Assembly (NCBI GenBank): GCA_030390025.1
Contig: CM059432.1
Coordinates: 53,384,001 to 53,448,000, forward strand
From: Squalus acanthias
Taxonomy: Eukaryota
Reading direction: 5' to 3'
Length of the DNA stretch: 64,000 nucleotides
Position 1 is the first letter of the stretch. Every line of letters starts with the position of its first letter. The notes under the pieces are model-generated. The model made no database searches, was not told the origin of the DNA, and worked only from the letters and a program-made list of their open reading frames with translations. This document shows, piece by piece, positions 50,632-64,000 of the stretch. The position numbers and the translations under genes are program-made.

Positions 50632-52531
50632 CCATGCTATAGACAGGGTTACGCGATCTCACAACCAACGGATCAGATCAAAGCTCGGCAGTCCTATCAC
50701 ATCCAGTCGTGAATGGTGGTGGACCATTAAACAACTAACGGGAGGAGGAGGCTCCATGAATATCCCCATCCTCAATGATGGTGGAGCCCAACACGTGAGT
50801 GCAAAACACAAGGCTGAAGCATTGCAACCATCTTCAGCCAGAAGTGCCGAGTGGATGATCCATATCGGCCTACACCCGAGGTCCCCACCATCGCAGAAGC
50901 CAGTCTTCAGCCAATTCGATTCACTCCACGTAATATCAAGAAACGGTTGAGCACACTGGATACAGCAAAGGCTATGGGCCCCGACAACATCCCGGCTATC
51001 GTGCTGAAGACTTGTGCTCCAGAACTAGCCACGCCTCTAGCCAAGCTGTTCCAGTACAGCTACAACACTGGCATCTATCCGAAAATCTGGAAAACTGCTC
51101 AGATATTTCCTGTCCACAAAAAGCAGGACAAATCCAATCCGGCCAATTACCGCCTTATCAGTCTACTCTCAATCATCAGCAAAGTGATGGATGGTGTCAT
51201 CGACAGTGCTATCAAGTGGCACTTACTCACCAATAACCTGCTCACAGATGCCCAGTTTGGGTTCCGCCAAGACCACTCGGCTCCTGACCTCATTACAGCC
51301 TTGGTCCAAACATGGACAAAGGAGCTGAATTCCTGAGGTGAGGTGAGAGTTACTGACCTTGACATCAAGCCAGCATTTGACCGAGTGTGGCATCAAGGAG
51401 CCCTAGTAAAACTGAAGTCAATAGGAATCGGGGGGTGGGGGGGGAAACTTTCCACTGACTGGAGTCATACCTAGCGCAAAGGAAGATGGTTGTGATGGTT
51501 GAAGGTCAATCATCACAGCCCCAGGACATCGCTGAAGGAGTTCCTCAGGGCAGTGTCCTAGGCCCAACCATCTTCAGCTGCTTCATCAATGACCTTCCCT
51601 CCAACATGAGGTCAGAAATGGGGATGTTCGCTGATGACTGCACAATGTTCAGCACCATTCACAACTCCTCAGATAATGAAGCAGTCCATGCCCGCAAGCA
51701 ACAAGACCTGGATGATGTTCAGGCTTGGGCTGATAAATGGCAGGTAACATTCGCGCCACACAAGTGCCAGGCAATGACTATCTCCAACAAGCGAGAGTCT
51801 AACCACTGCCCCTTGACATTCAACGGCATTACCATTGCTGAATCCCCCACCATCAACATCCTGGGGGTCACCATTAACCAGAAACTTAACAGGACCAGTC
51901 TCATAAATACCGTGGCAACAAGAGCAGGTCAGAGGCTAGGTATTCTGCGGCAAATGTCTTACCTCCTGGCTCCCCAAAGCCTTTCCACCATCTACAAGGC
52001 ACAATTAAGGAGTGTGATGGAATACTCTCCACTTGCCTGGATGAGTGCAGCTCCAACAACACTCAAGAAGCTCTACACCATCCAGGACAAAACAGCCCGC
52101 TTGATTGGCACCCCATCCACCACCTTAAACATTCACTCCCTCCACCACTGGTGTACCATGGCTGCAGTGTGTACTATCTACAAGATGCACTGCAGCAACT
52201 CGCCAAGGCTTCTTCGGCAGCACCTCCCAAACCCGCGACCTCTTCCACCTAGAAGGACAAGGGCAGCAGGCGCACGGGAACACCACCACCTCCAAGTTCC
52301 CCTCCAAGTCACACACCATCCTGACTTAGAAGTATATCGTCGATCCTTCATCGTCGCTGGGTCAAAATCCTGGAGCTGCCTCCCTAACAGCACTGTGGGA
52401 GTACCATCACCGCATGGACTGCAACGGTTCAAGAAGGCGACTCACCACCACCTTCTCAAGGGCAATTAGGGATGAGCAATAAATGCTGGCCTTGCCAGCG
52501 ACGCCCACATCCCATGAATGAATAAAAAAAA
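50632..52531 (+). mobile_element. APE-RT LINE copy 3, 5'-truncated (RT plus 3' end)
   Basis: ORFs 50851-51336 and 51486-52469 (GVPQGSVLGP, FADD); ends ATGAATAAAAAAA. Confidence 0.92.
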
Positions 52532-54499
52532 GCATTGCATGGGTTCCCATTGAACAGCAGGGGCAGCAATTTCCAGGATTCTAAGTTTCATGCAAGGTTC
52601 TAGCTATAAGAAATCTACTTAGAGATATTGGGATGGAAATTCCATTTGGCCCTTTTGCGCGCCTGAATTAGGTACCATGCACAGAGTGTCCGCCCCAGCT
52701 GGAAGGCCCGAGGCCAGCCTTAAATTGGGCCTCAGGCCTCTTTAACATTATTTGGGCAAGCCGCTGGTGCTCGACGTTTTAAAAGATCAATGTCAGGCTG
52801 CTTGCTCCGCTGGCAGTGGACCAAACGTAAGTCCGGGGTGGGGAGGGCGGGTGGCGAGGAGAACGGGAGGGGGCTGATTGCGGCTGGCAACAGCCCTCAG
52901 GATTACTGTGGTGCTGGGAAGAGAACACCTGACCCTCTTGGTTCCACATCAAACCCAATAAAAGGCCCTCAGCTTTTTGTTGGTGGCCGCATTTCCACCT
53001 GGAAAACCTGAGTGGAGCTTGACAGCCCAAATTCCCTGAGGGATCTAAAAACAGGCATTAGGCCTCTCATTACATTATGTCTGTTTTAGGCGGCCACCTC
53101 GGATGCATGAAAAATTGCCCAACCCAATATTGGGTTCGACATTATTCAGGTGTTCTTAGGGACCCAGACGTTGGTCCCTGTAATTGGCTCTCGTTGCATC
53201 TATTTTATGTCATAAAATGGGTGCAATGAGGTCCAATTTCTACTCCATTGAATACAAAAGCAAGGAGCAAATACTGAGAGGTGTTTAGGTGCATGGAACT
53301 CATGCAGATATGTAGCATGGAAAATACTGGCAAGGAAGGTAATGGTGAAGAATGAAGAAGAACTGAAGACCCAAGCCGAGAGAAAGGAGCAGGCCTATGC
53401 AGGGGAATGTTGTTGCAGGGAGTTCCATCACACAAAGGGTAAGTTTAATGATTTTTTTTCAAAGAATTATTTTTAATGTATTTATTATGTTATAAATCTA
53501 CAATGGGGTGAATTGGAAAGCAACATAGCTACAGAAATAACTTTGAAAAAGATATTATGAGGAATTTAATTGTTTCATTTTTTGTCATTTGTCAGTTTTT
53601 CATTGCTAGTTTTCTGGTGTTTGCTGCTTGTTTTTTGGTAGGTTTTCCAACCTTGTTGGTGACATTTTAAGTTGATTAATATTGTTCGCCTAACCATGAT
53701 TTGTCTTTTTTAAATTAAATTGATATGTGAACCAATCAGGATTGTTTTCCCCACTGAGATTTTGAATGTGTGATGGACATTTTCCCAGACCTGCTAGTCT
53801 CATGCCAGATGGAAAACTTTTAATTATACAAGCAGATCTCTCGTGGCATTACTCACGATGAGTCAGGGATGATGCTTTTGCAAGCTGTGTGCTGGAGTGG
53901 TCGAAGGGATGATCCTCATACCACAGTTATATTAATAAATACATCTCTCAGGGGTGGGGGGTTGGGAAGAAAGAGTCAATGACATGGGTCCCGATTGGGC
54001 ACATTCCAGCACTTCTGCCAGTTCCCTCCCCAGTGTGGATTTTCAACCCAATATAGCAACATACCGCATCAATGTATAGAAACTTATTTGCAATATAAAT
54101 GCGTTTTGACATGTTGATGGCAAAATGTCATTAGCAGCATATCTCAAGGACATTGCAAAAGCCACGGTAGGTTAGTGGTTTTTAACCAATGTGGTGAGCA
54201 AACGGATTAGAGGGTCAATCTGTCCTGTCAACTGTGGCCAGCTAGGTAGCATATTAATATAAAAGTGGATGTGTTGGTATGCATCCTGACGCTCCCAGAC
54301 ATTGCATGGACATTTGCGATGGCTTAATGAAACAGGCATATGTTTTCTTCCAGCATTATCAGGACTGGTGCTGAAGATATTGGGCAGCCAACATCTGTTT
54401 CGTAAGAGTAATGCATCCTCTGCCTGTTACTGAAAACCATTCAACTTGTATAGTGTATCCTGAAGAAGATCCTGTCAAGGAGCCATCAATTAAAAAAAA

Positions 54500-57048
54500 A
54501 TTGTTTTATGGGATGTGGGCGTCGCTGGCAAAGCCAGCATTTATTGCCCATCCCTAATTGCCCTTGAGAAGGAGCTGGTGAGCCGCCTTCTTGAACTGCT
54601 GCAGTCCGTGTGGTGAAGGTACCCCGACAGTGCTGTTAAGTAGAGAGTTCCAGGATTTTTACCCAGTGACGATGAAGGAATGGCGATATATTTCTAAGTC
54701 AGGATGGTGTGTGATTTGGAGGGGAACTTGGAGGTGTTGGTGTCCCCATGTGCCTGCTGCCCTTGTACTTCTAGGTGAAAGAGGTCACAGGTTTGGGAGG
54801 TGCTGCTGAAGAAGCCTTGGCGAGTTGCTGCAGTGCATCTTGTAGATGGTACACACTGCAGCCACAGTACGCCGGAGGTGGAGGGAGTGAATGTTTAAGG
54901 TGGTGGATGGGGTGCCAATCAAGTGGGCTGCTTTGTCCTGGATGGTGTCGAGCTTCTTGAGTGTTGTTGGAGCTCCACTCATCCAGGCAAGTGGAGAGTT
55001 TGCCATCACACTCCTTAATTGTGCCTTGTAGATGGTGGTAAGGCTTTGGGGAGTCAGGTGGTGAGACACTCGCCACAGAATACCTAGCCTCTGACCTGCT
55101 CTTGTTGCTACAGTATTTATGTGGCTGGTCAATGGTGACCCCCAGGATGTTGATGGTGGGGGATTTGCTGGTGGTAATGCGGTTGACTGTCAAGGGGTGA
55201 TGGTTAGATGCTCGTTTGTTGGAGATAGTCATTGCCTGGCACTTGTGTGGTGTGAATGTTACCTGCCACTTATCAGCCCAAGCCTGAATGTTGTACAGTT
55301 CTTGTTGCATGCGGGCAAGGTCTGCTTCATTATCTGAGGAGTTGCGCATGGCACTGAACACTGTGCAGTCATCAGTGAACATCCCCACTTCTGACCTTAT
55401 GATAGAGGGAAGGTCATTGATGATGCAGCTAAAGATGGTTGGGTCTAGGACACTGCCCTGAGGAACTCCTGCAGCGATGTCCTGGGGCTCTGATGATTGA
55501 CCTCCAACCACCACAACCATCTTCCTTTGTGCTAGGTATGACTCCAGCCAGTGGAGAGTTTCCCCCCCGATTCCCATTGACTTCAGTTTTACTAGGGCTC
55601 CTTGATGCCAGACTCGGTCAAATGCTGCCTTGATGTCAAGGGCAGTCACTCTCACCTCACCTCTGGAATTCAGCTCCTTTGTCCATGTTTGGACCAAGGC
55701 TGTAATGTAGTCGGGAGCCGAGTGGTCTTGGCGGAACCCAAACTGGGCATCAGTGAGCAGCTTATTGGTGAGTAAGTGCCACTTGAAAGCACTGTCGATG
55801 ACACCATCCACCACTTTGCTGATGATTGAGAGTAGACTGATGGGGCGGTAATTGGCCGGATTGGATTTGTCCTGCTTTTTGTGGACAGGACATACCTGGG
55901 CAGTTTTCCAGATTTTCGGATAGATGTCAGTGTTGTAGCTGTACTGGAACAGCTTGGCTAGAGGTGTGGCTAGTTCTGGAGCACAAGTCTTCAGCACGAT
56001 AGCCGGGATGTTGTCAGGGCCCATAGCCTTTGCTGTATCCAGTGCACTGAGCCAATTCTTGATATCACGTGGAGTGAATCGAATTGGCTGAATACTGGCT
56101 TCTGTGATGTTGGGGACCTCAGGAGTAGGCTGATATCTTCCACTCGGCACTTCTGGCTGAAGATGGTTGCAAATGCTTCAGTTTTGTCTTTTGAACTGAT
56201 GTGCTGGGCTCCACCATCATTGAGGATGGGGATATTCATGGAGCCTCCTCCTCCCAAAAGTTGTTTAATGGTCCACCACCATTCACGATTGGATGTGGCA
56301 GGACTGCAGAGCTTTGATCTGATCCATTGATTGTGGGATCGCTTAGCCCTGTCTATAGCATGCTGCTTCTGCTTTTTAGCATGCATGTAGTCCTGTGTTG
56401 CAGCTTCCCCAGGTTGGCACCTCAGTTTTAGGTACACCTGGTGCTGCTCCTGGCATGCTCTTCTGCACTCCTTTTTGAACCAGGGTTGGTCCCCTGGCTT
56501 GATGGGTAATGGTAGAGTGAGGGATATGCTGGGCCATGAGGTTACAGATTGTGGTGGAATACAATTCTGATGCTGCTGATGGCCCACAGTGCCTCATGGA
56601 TGCCCAGTTTTGAGCTGCTAGATCTGTTCTGAATCAACCCATTTAGCACGGTGGTAGTGCCACACAACACGATGGAGGGTGTCCTCAGTGTGAAGACGGG
56701 ACTTCGTCTCCACATTTACTATGCGGTGGTCACAGCTAGCAATACTGTCATGAACAGATGCATCTGCGACCGGTAGATTGGTGAGGACAAGTTCAAGTAG
56801 GTTTTTCCCTCGTGTTGGTTCTCTCACCATCTGTCGCAGGCCCAGACTGGCAGCTATGTTCTTCAGGACTCGGCCAGCTCGGTCAGTAGTGGTGCTACCG
56901 AGCCACTCTTGGTGATGGACATTGAAGTCCCCCACGCAGAGTACATTCTGTGCCCTTGCTACTCTCAGTGCTTCTTCCAAGTGATATTCAACATGGAGGA
57001 GTACTGATTATACAGCTGAGGGAGGGCGGTAGGTGGTAATCAGTAGGA
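54500..57048 (-). mobile_element. APE-RT LINE copy 4, 5'-truncated
   Basis: ORFs 56618-56980, 55991-56587 and 54771-56150. The catalytic motif reads FTDD; frameshifts present. Confidence 0.92.
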
Positions 57049-57974
57049 TGGTAAAGGGTCTACCTGCTGTTAGCAGTACAGGTTGACCTTTGTTGTTAGA
57101 ATGCTACATCTTCTGTGTAGGTAGGTGCTTCCTCCTCACCCAAGGATGTAATGTCATCCTGTATCTGGTCACTGTTCTCTGAATACTGAGAGTGAGGAAT
57201 GGATATGAAAGGGCTAGACGATCTTTTTGTGGAGCCATTAAAGATATTTGAACTTCATGTATACTGGAACAGAAGCACTGCTGCACAGATTTTGTGATGC
57301 TTCCAGCTTCTGTATTGTACCTTGCACCTTTGTTAAATTATTCTGCATTTTCATTGCCACCTGCTTAAGGTCATTAATCTATTTCCTAGCATGCTGTGAT
57401 ATGTGGGATTTTGGACACTTTGTTCAGTTTCTTAGATTTCTTAGTCAATGCATATGTTCTTCCTTTTATGGTTGGTAATACTGATTTAGTGCTAAAGAAA
57501 GCCAATTCGATTTCAGGAACGGTTTGACTAAAATGATTAGTTCTGCTCCCATTAGATGTGGTCACCCCTTCAGTTTTGTATTTGGCTCCATTTTGTGATC
57601 TTTAGCATAACCACTGCATGCTGTCACAATTGTTAACATTCATTAGAATACGTTAGTGAACATAAAGTGCCACATTCTCATTCAATGGTTGGTTTTAAAT
57701 AAGCTAGTTTTGAAGAATTTCTGATCGGCTCTCTTAATTGACTTCCAGCAGTAAATTAAAATGCTGAGTTTTTGGAACTTGCAGTGTAACCACTGGGGCA
57801 GTAAGTGAATGTATTTATCTCGATATAACTGTCCAATGTTCATTAACACTGATGACTCAGGAAATCACCCCCGCAAGGACGGCAGAGGTTAAATAGATAC
57901 TGTTCTTTTAACGTAACAATTATGCATGTAATTAGGTATTAAACATTAATAAATCAGTGACCTGGTATATATAA

Positions 57975-58830
57975 TAAACTTGCAGAATGGGTATATAATT
58001 GGCAAATGAATTTCAACACAGATAAATATGAGGTATTACATTTTGGTAAGAAAAATAAGGAAGTCACATATTACTTCGCAAATACGAATCTAAATAGGGT
58101 TGAGGAACAAAGGGATCCCAGAGTACAAATACACAAATCACTAAAAGTTGTGACCCAGGTTAATAAGGCCATACAAAAAACAAACCAAGCACTAGAGTTT
58201 ATTTCTAGAGGGATAGAATTGAAAAGTAGAGAAGTTATGCTAAACTTTATCGAACCTTGATTAGACCACACTTGGAGTACTGCGTACAATTCTGGTCACC
58301 ATGTTATAAAAAGGATATAGAGGCACTGGAGAGGGTGCAAAAAAGATTTACAAGGATGATACCAGAAATGCAAGGGTAAAGCTATCAGGAAAGGATGTAC
58401 AGGCTGGATCTCTTTTTCTTTGAAGAGAGAAGGCTGAGGGGTGACCTAATAGAGGTCTTTAAAATTATGTAAGGTTTTGATAGAGTAGATACAGAGAGAG
58501 TGTTTCCACTTGTGGGGAAGAGCAAAACTAGAGGCCATCAATATAAGATAGTCACCAAGAAATCAAATAGGGAATTCAGAAGAAACTTCTTTACCCAAGA
58601 GTGGTGAGAATGTGGAACTCACTACCACAGGGAGTGGTTGAGGTGAATAGTATAGATGCATTTAAGGGGAGGCTGGACAAGCATATGAGGGAGAAGGGAA
58701 TAGAGGGTTATGCTGATAGAGTTAGATGAGGAAAGACGGGAGGAGGCTCGAGTGGAGCATTAACGCCGGCATGGACTGGTTAAGCTGAATGGCCTGTTTC
58801 TGTGTCATATATCCTATGTAATCCTATGTA
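57975..58830 (+). mobile_element. CR1 LINE 3' fragment
   Basis: [31 protein letters not shown]1 3' UTR and (ATCCTATGTA)n tail. Confidence 0.9.
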
Positions 58831-59059
58831 ACTATACATGAGGTGAAAAGTGAAAGCCATTTCTTCGCTGCTCAAAGCAAAATCCGGGCCATTAATTTAA
58901 AGGAGTTGTGTGATTTCATTTATATCTTATAATGCTTTTAAAAAATATATGGAGTTAGCAGTTTAGAGCAGCAGAACTTGGAAAAATACTTGGAAAATCT
59001 TTTATATTTTGTGGAGTCTGAAGGAGAAGGAGTGCTCCTCCTGGCTCCACAAAACAACT

Positions 59060-59560
59060 GTGGGCTGCATGGAATCCCACTCCGGGATGAGGAGGAGGAG
59101 CAGGCGGAAGAGGAGGAAAGGAGTAAACAGAGCTGCAGCTGGAAGGGCAGCAAATAGATCGAGAAATCTTTACCCTCCCAACAAAGTTCATAGCCCCAGA
59201 ATAACATGTCTGCAATTCTCTGAGGAACAATGTACAAAGAAGCTTCGATTCTCTAGGGAGGCAGCGACAGAGTTGTGTCACATCCTGCAAGAAGATCTGC
59301 AGCCAACTGCTACAGCTAGCACAGCATTACCTGTTACAGTCAAGGTCACTACATACCTGAACTTTGCCTCTGGCTCCTTCCAGGCTGCCAGAGGGGATAT
59401 CAGCAACATCAGTCAATCTGCAGTCCATGCTTGTATTAAACAGGTAACCAATGCTTTTTTGATGCAAAAACAGATCCATCACCTTCCCTATGGACATCAA
59501 GAAGCAACGTGCAGGGCTCTGAAGTTTGCACAGATCGCAGGAGGCCTTTCTGGGGATCAA
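59060..59560 (+). pseudogene. Harbinger transposase N-terminal remnant
   Basis: LRFSREAATELCHILQEDLQP..PVTVKVT..LNFASGSFQAARGDISNISQ; truncated before the first catalytic Asp. Confidence 0.85.
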
Positions 59561-60736
59561 GGATAGAGTGTTTATAATGTATTTAAGGAAGACGTAAAAC
59601 CTAGATCATTAGAACGTTCTCGGAGTGGAACTGGACACGCTCAAGTGCAGGCTATTCTATGATTCTAAGAATGTAGTTTCTTTAATACGTATAATAAACA
59701 TATATACTTTGGAACAAGACTTCCTCTAGTGTCTAAGTATCACAAACCGAATATAAATCACTTACACTGCCTGCTGCATAACTTCAGTCTGCAATAGGGA
59801 CAACACATGGAGCCACGATTGGATGAGGATCTTCAGCATAATGGGGAAGACAACATTGATGATGCAGAGGATCGTGATGAAGTGGGAGGGTCCAACAGTT
59901 GCCTGCACCCAGTTTGACAGCAGCTTGTTGAAGACAACTTCAGCTGAACAATCTGTGTTCCCCTGCAGTAGCACTCATGTCCAACATCTCTCTGAATCCT
60001 TCCTTGATAGAATCAAAAGCATCTGCCCAAGTGCCAAAATTAATATTCTTGTCATCTGACATTGTAAGATCATCAGCAACTACAGAACACCCTCTGCAAA
60101 AAAAGTTTAAAACAGCAATGTGGTTTTACTAGCTTACAGAAAGGCCTACACACTATTTGTCACCCCGGTGTGACCTTTCAGTGCCTGACTGAAAAGTTCT
60201 TTTACCTACTCTAGTGCTTCTAAAACGTGCTTCACCAATGGCGGCAATATTGGAGGAGATAACGGCTGTGGCTTATTCTGGGGCTCATTCAGCAAACCTT
60301 AGGGTCCTGCTGGGACTCTTCTTTCTCCCAGACATCTTCCTGCAGCTGCATAGTGCTGTTTTCCTGCTTTGGCCACAAAAAACCCACCATGCCCTTAAGA
60401 ACCTTCAGCATTGTCCAATTTTCCACGTACTAATTAGCGAGCTGCCAATACGGACCATGTTTTACACTGACAGCTTGGTTACTGCATGCTAATGATGTGC
60501 AACTTGGAAACTGGGATGGGTTCCCCACTGACTCCACCAGGCGTTTGTTGCTCCCATCCTGCTCACCTCCTCCTGGGAGGCCAAAATTGACCCCTAGGAG
60601 GCATAGCACCAAACTGCCTCTAATTTGAGATTACATTGACCATTTTAGTCAGACAGGGTGGCTGCTGCTTTTGAAAAGGAAGCATCTCATTGGTAAATTA
60701 AGGTGAGCTGTTCTGTGTATGGGGCTAAGGCACAAT

Positions 60737-63700
60737 GAGGGTGAAATTGGATTAGGCCCGAAAACCGGCATGGGAATTGTGAAACGCAATCTGCCCGTGC
60801 CCATTGAAAGTGGTGCAGGCAGCATGCAAAATTTGTGTTGCCTGCTCATTAGAATGATTGTACCGCTGAGCTTAGCGCTAAATGTGCTGCTGGTTGGCTC
60901 AGCGCTCAAGAGGGGGGCCAATATCGGGTGCAGTCTACTGGCCAATAAAATTTTGCCTAGGCTCTCTGCACTACTTAAAGGGGAGGTGTTTTGTTGCAGA
61001 AGCACCTCATTGTCACTGTGGATGCAGCTATGTTGCAACAGAGTAGAGAAAAGGGCATGGCACTTCTCAGATTCAGCACTGGAGACCTGGGTCCAGAGGG
61101 TATACAGAAGAAGACAGGTCCCCTACCGACAGGGGGGCAGGAGGCCTTTGAGACCCAACACCAGAAGGCAGTGGAAGGAAATAGCCCAAGCTGCCAGTGC
61201 CACCAGTGTTGCCCCCAGAACCTGAATCTAGTGCTGCAAGAAGTTTAATGACCTCACACGAGTGGTCAAGGTGAGTGAGTGCATCTTCAAATGCCATATC
61301 CCACAAACTGCACCATTAGCCTCACACACTGCTCAATGCACCACACCCCCATCACTCACCTACCAACAATCTCTAGCAATCAGAACTCATACCTCACAAT
61401 CATAGCTTCACCTCACTCTCACACACTTACCACTGCTACAAGCCTCACACCCACATCTTACACCTTGCACACAATGTCAGCTATTCAACTATGACAGGCA
61501 CATCACCCAAACGCATTGCACCACACTCACTGACACACTTCCCTTTCTCTTGTAGGCCAAGGTGGCTCACAACCGCTGTGAACAACAGCAGACAGGTTGG
61601 GGGTGAGGGGGTTGGGGGTGGCAAGCACGGCTACACAACCTTACTGCGCTGGAGGAGATAATTGGAGGGGCCGTCGCTGAGGCTGTGGTGAGTGGCGAGC
61701 TTGAAAGCATTGTTGATGATGGTATGCTCATACCTAATCCTTCTTCCCACATCCCACTTCCCCCTCATCCCACAATCTCTTCTCACTTACAAGCTGCTGA
61801 TGGTATAAGAATGTACATCTTGCTTCCCCCCCCTACCCTCACCACAACCCTACCCTTGTGCCTTTCATCTTTCAGATACCCAAGAACTGCCAGCAGCCCA
61901 GCCTGTTTTCAACCAACTAGAGCAGGAGAGTGATGGAGAAGAAGAGGCACCATCACTCGATCTGACATTCCCAGGCACCAGCTCAGAAAATGGCACTACA
62001 TGAACCTTAGAGAGTAGTGTAGAGGTGGGATCTGCATGTAGTGAGTCACCGGGCATGAGTGGGCAGCAGCCAGGCCAGGGGGAAAGTGTAGCTCAGGTGC
62101 CAACTCCTTGTTGCTGCACAGGACTCAGATGAGGACTTCAATGGGGTGGCTTTCTGAAGAAGAGTGATGGGCATGTACACAGAAATGCTTGGTGCAATGG
62201 CAGACCTGCCAGAGAGCCTCTTTTCCGTGTCAAGGAGCATGGAGGAGTTCAGATCCAACATTGCCCCGGGCTTTGTGTGAAGCTTGGAACGCATGATTTC
62301 CAGGATGGAACTGATAGGCGACTCCATTAGAACAATTGTGGACCCAATCGTGATGCTGGGTGTGATGGGCGATGTCGCAGCTTCCATTGCAGCACAAGCG
62401 GAAGGGTCCCAATGTCTGAGTGCTGCAGTGGAAGCTCAGAATGCTCTCATGCAGGCTCAGCTTGCTGCCATGCAAGTTCAGACTGCTGCTACCGTGGCTG
62501 GGTTTACCAGTGTCGAAAGGGGCTTGCAGGGGGACGCAGCAGTCCAGCAATCTGTCCTCCAACAGATGGCTAGGAATGCTGAGGCACCACCCCATGGAGT
62601 AAGAACCTGCTGCCCTTTCTCAGGATGACAGCATTCGTACTCCCACCACTGCCACCACAGTGCCCTTGTTGCTGCCTGTCAGCCAGCCAGCCCAGACTGC
62701 TGCCGCCCATGCCGAGATGGTGCAGTCTACAGCCGGGTCTTCTAGGCCCAGAGGTCCTCGAGGTCGTCCTGCAAGGCCAGCAGCACTGTTTCCCACTGAA
62801 AGTCAGCAGCCTTCCACCAGCCATGCTGCAGCCATTGGGGTAGCACTGTGTAGGAGCACTAGAATAGGCAAAGGAACACGAAAGACAGACACTAAGGGAA
62901 TGCACAAGGGCGATTAGTTGACTTTTTTATGTAGTATTGGATTGAATAATTTATAAATTATGTTTGGAATGTTTGTTTTGTGGTGGCTTTCATTTCAGCT
63001 TTGTGCGCAAGAGGACACTGTGAGAAGTGCTGAGCAACGGGGATCTGGGTTTTCATTCATTGGACCTGGAGTCTGATGAGGCGCTCACAGAAAGCCAGTC
63101 CGGAGCGGGGTTTTGCTGCCTGCCTCCTCCTCTTCCTTCTGCTCTTCCTCCTCCTCTTCCTCCTTTTCCTCCTCCTCCCCCTGAGGTGGTCGCAGAACCC
63201 GTGGTGGCAAGGGCTGCGCCCTCCTGATGGCCAAATTGTGGAAGTTGCAGCAGACCACCACGAAATGGGACACCCATTCTGGCCTGTACTCGAGGGTTTC
63301 TCTTAAGCGGTCAAGGCAGCAGAACTGTTGCTTTAGCACCCTGATGGTCTGCTCAATGATGTTCCTCATGGCAGCATGGCTCTCATTATATGACTGCTGG
63401 CCTCGAATGGTGGGGTAGCAGAGGGGAGTCATCAGCCAGGTGTAGAGCGGATAGCCCTTATCTCTGAGCAGCCATCCTCCGGTTCGTTGTGGTGGCTGGA
63501 AGATTGCTGGCACACCGGACTGGCGCATGATGAATGCATCATGACTGCTGCCAGGATAGCGGGCATTCGCCATCATGATGTGCTGGGCGTGGTCACACAC
63601 CAACTGCTCATTAAGTGAGTGGTAGCCTTTGCGGTTGCGGTATATCTCAGGATTGATATGCGGCGCCCACAAAGCTAAGTGTGTGCAGTCGATGGCATCC

Positions 63701-64000
63701 TGCACCATGGGAAGCCCACTATCCTGGCTAAGCCACATGTGCGTTTCCTGCTTCTCTCTGTTCGGAGAAAAGATAATGTAATCCCTTCTTCTGGAGTACA
63801 GAGATTCTGTGACCTCCTAGGTGCAACGATGGATGACGCATTGGGAGAAGTTAGCTATGTCGCCTGCTCCAGACTGGAAGGATCCGGTGGTGAAAAATTG
63901 AGTGCCACGGTCACCTCGAGGGCCACTGCCAGAGCCTTCATCGCCCTGCTCTGAAGCTGCAGGTCTGGTTTTAAGAGGTGGAAGAGTTCTGTGATCACCT
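60737..64000. mobile_element. Diverged Harbinger subfamily, defective, running off the window end
   Basis: TIR-like GAGGGTGAAATTGG. Myb pseudogene on + with donors at 61271 and 61722 and acceptors at 61555 and 61875, ending at 62917. Transposase pseudogene on - at ~63060-64000 (AIDCTH, RDKGYP, NIIEQTI). Confidence 0.88.

Noticed and set aside
1..64000. Strand bias of retroelements suggesting a uni-strand piRNA cluster or a host intron
   Set aside because: By eye the orientations are mixed, with only a mild minus excess.

Overview
This is a eukaryotic, transposon-saturated window with no recognisable host gene. The HE1-like V-SINE, Deu-SINE and CR1 tails point to a cartilaginous fish (shark or ray); this is inference. 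PIF/Harbinger DNA transposons dominate, with about ten elements or remnants. One copy (21912-26092) looks complete: perfect 16-bp TIRs, a CAG target duplication, an open DDE transposase ORF on the minus strand, and a convergent three-exon Myb/SANT (trihelix) gene that splices to an uninterrupted 448-aa ORF. A second full-length copy (43183-47284) is disabled, and there are several internal-deletion derivatives. The rest is nested non-LTR retroelements: four copies of one APE-RT LINE family, several CR1 and L2 fragments, Penelope-like fragments with hammerhead-ribozyme motifs, three SINE families whose tails match local LINEs, and small hAT and Tc1/mariner-type MITEs. All family names come from motif recognition by eye, not database searches. 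Boundaries without a stated TSD are approximate.
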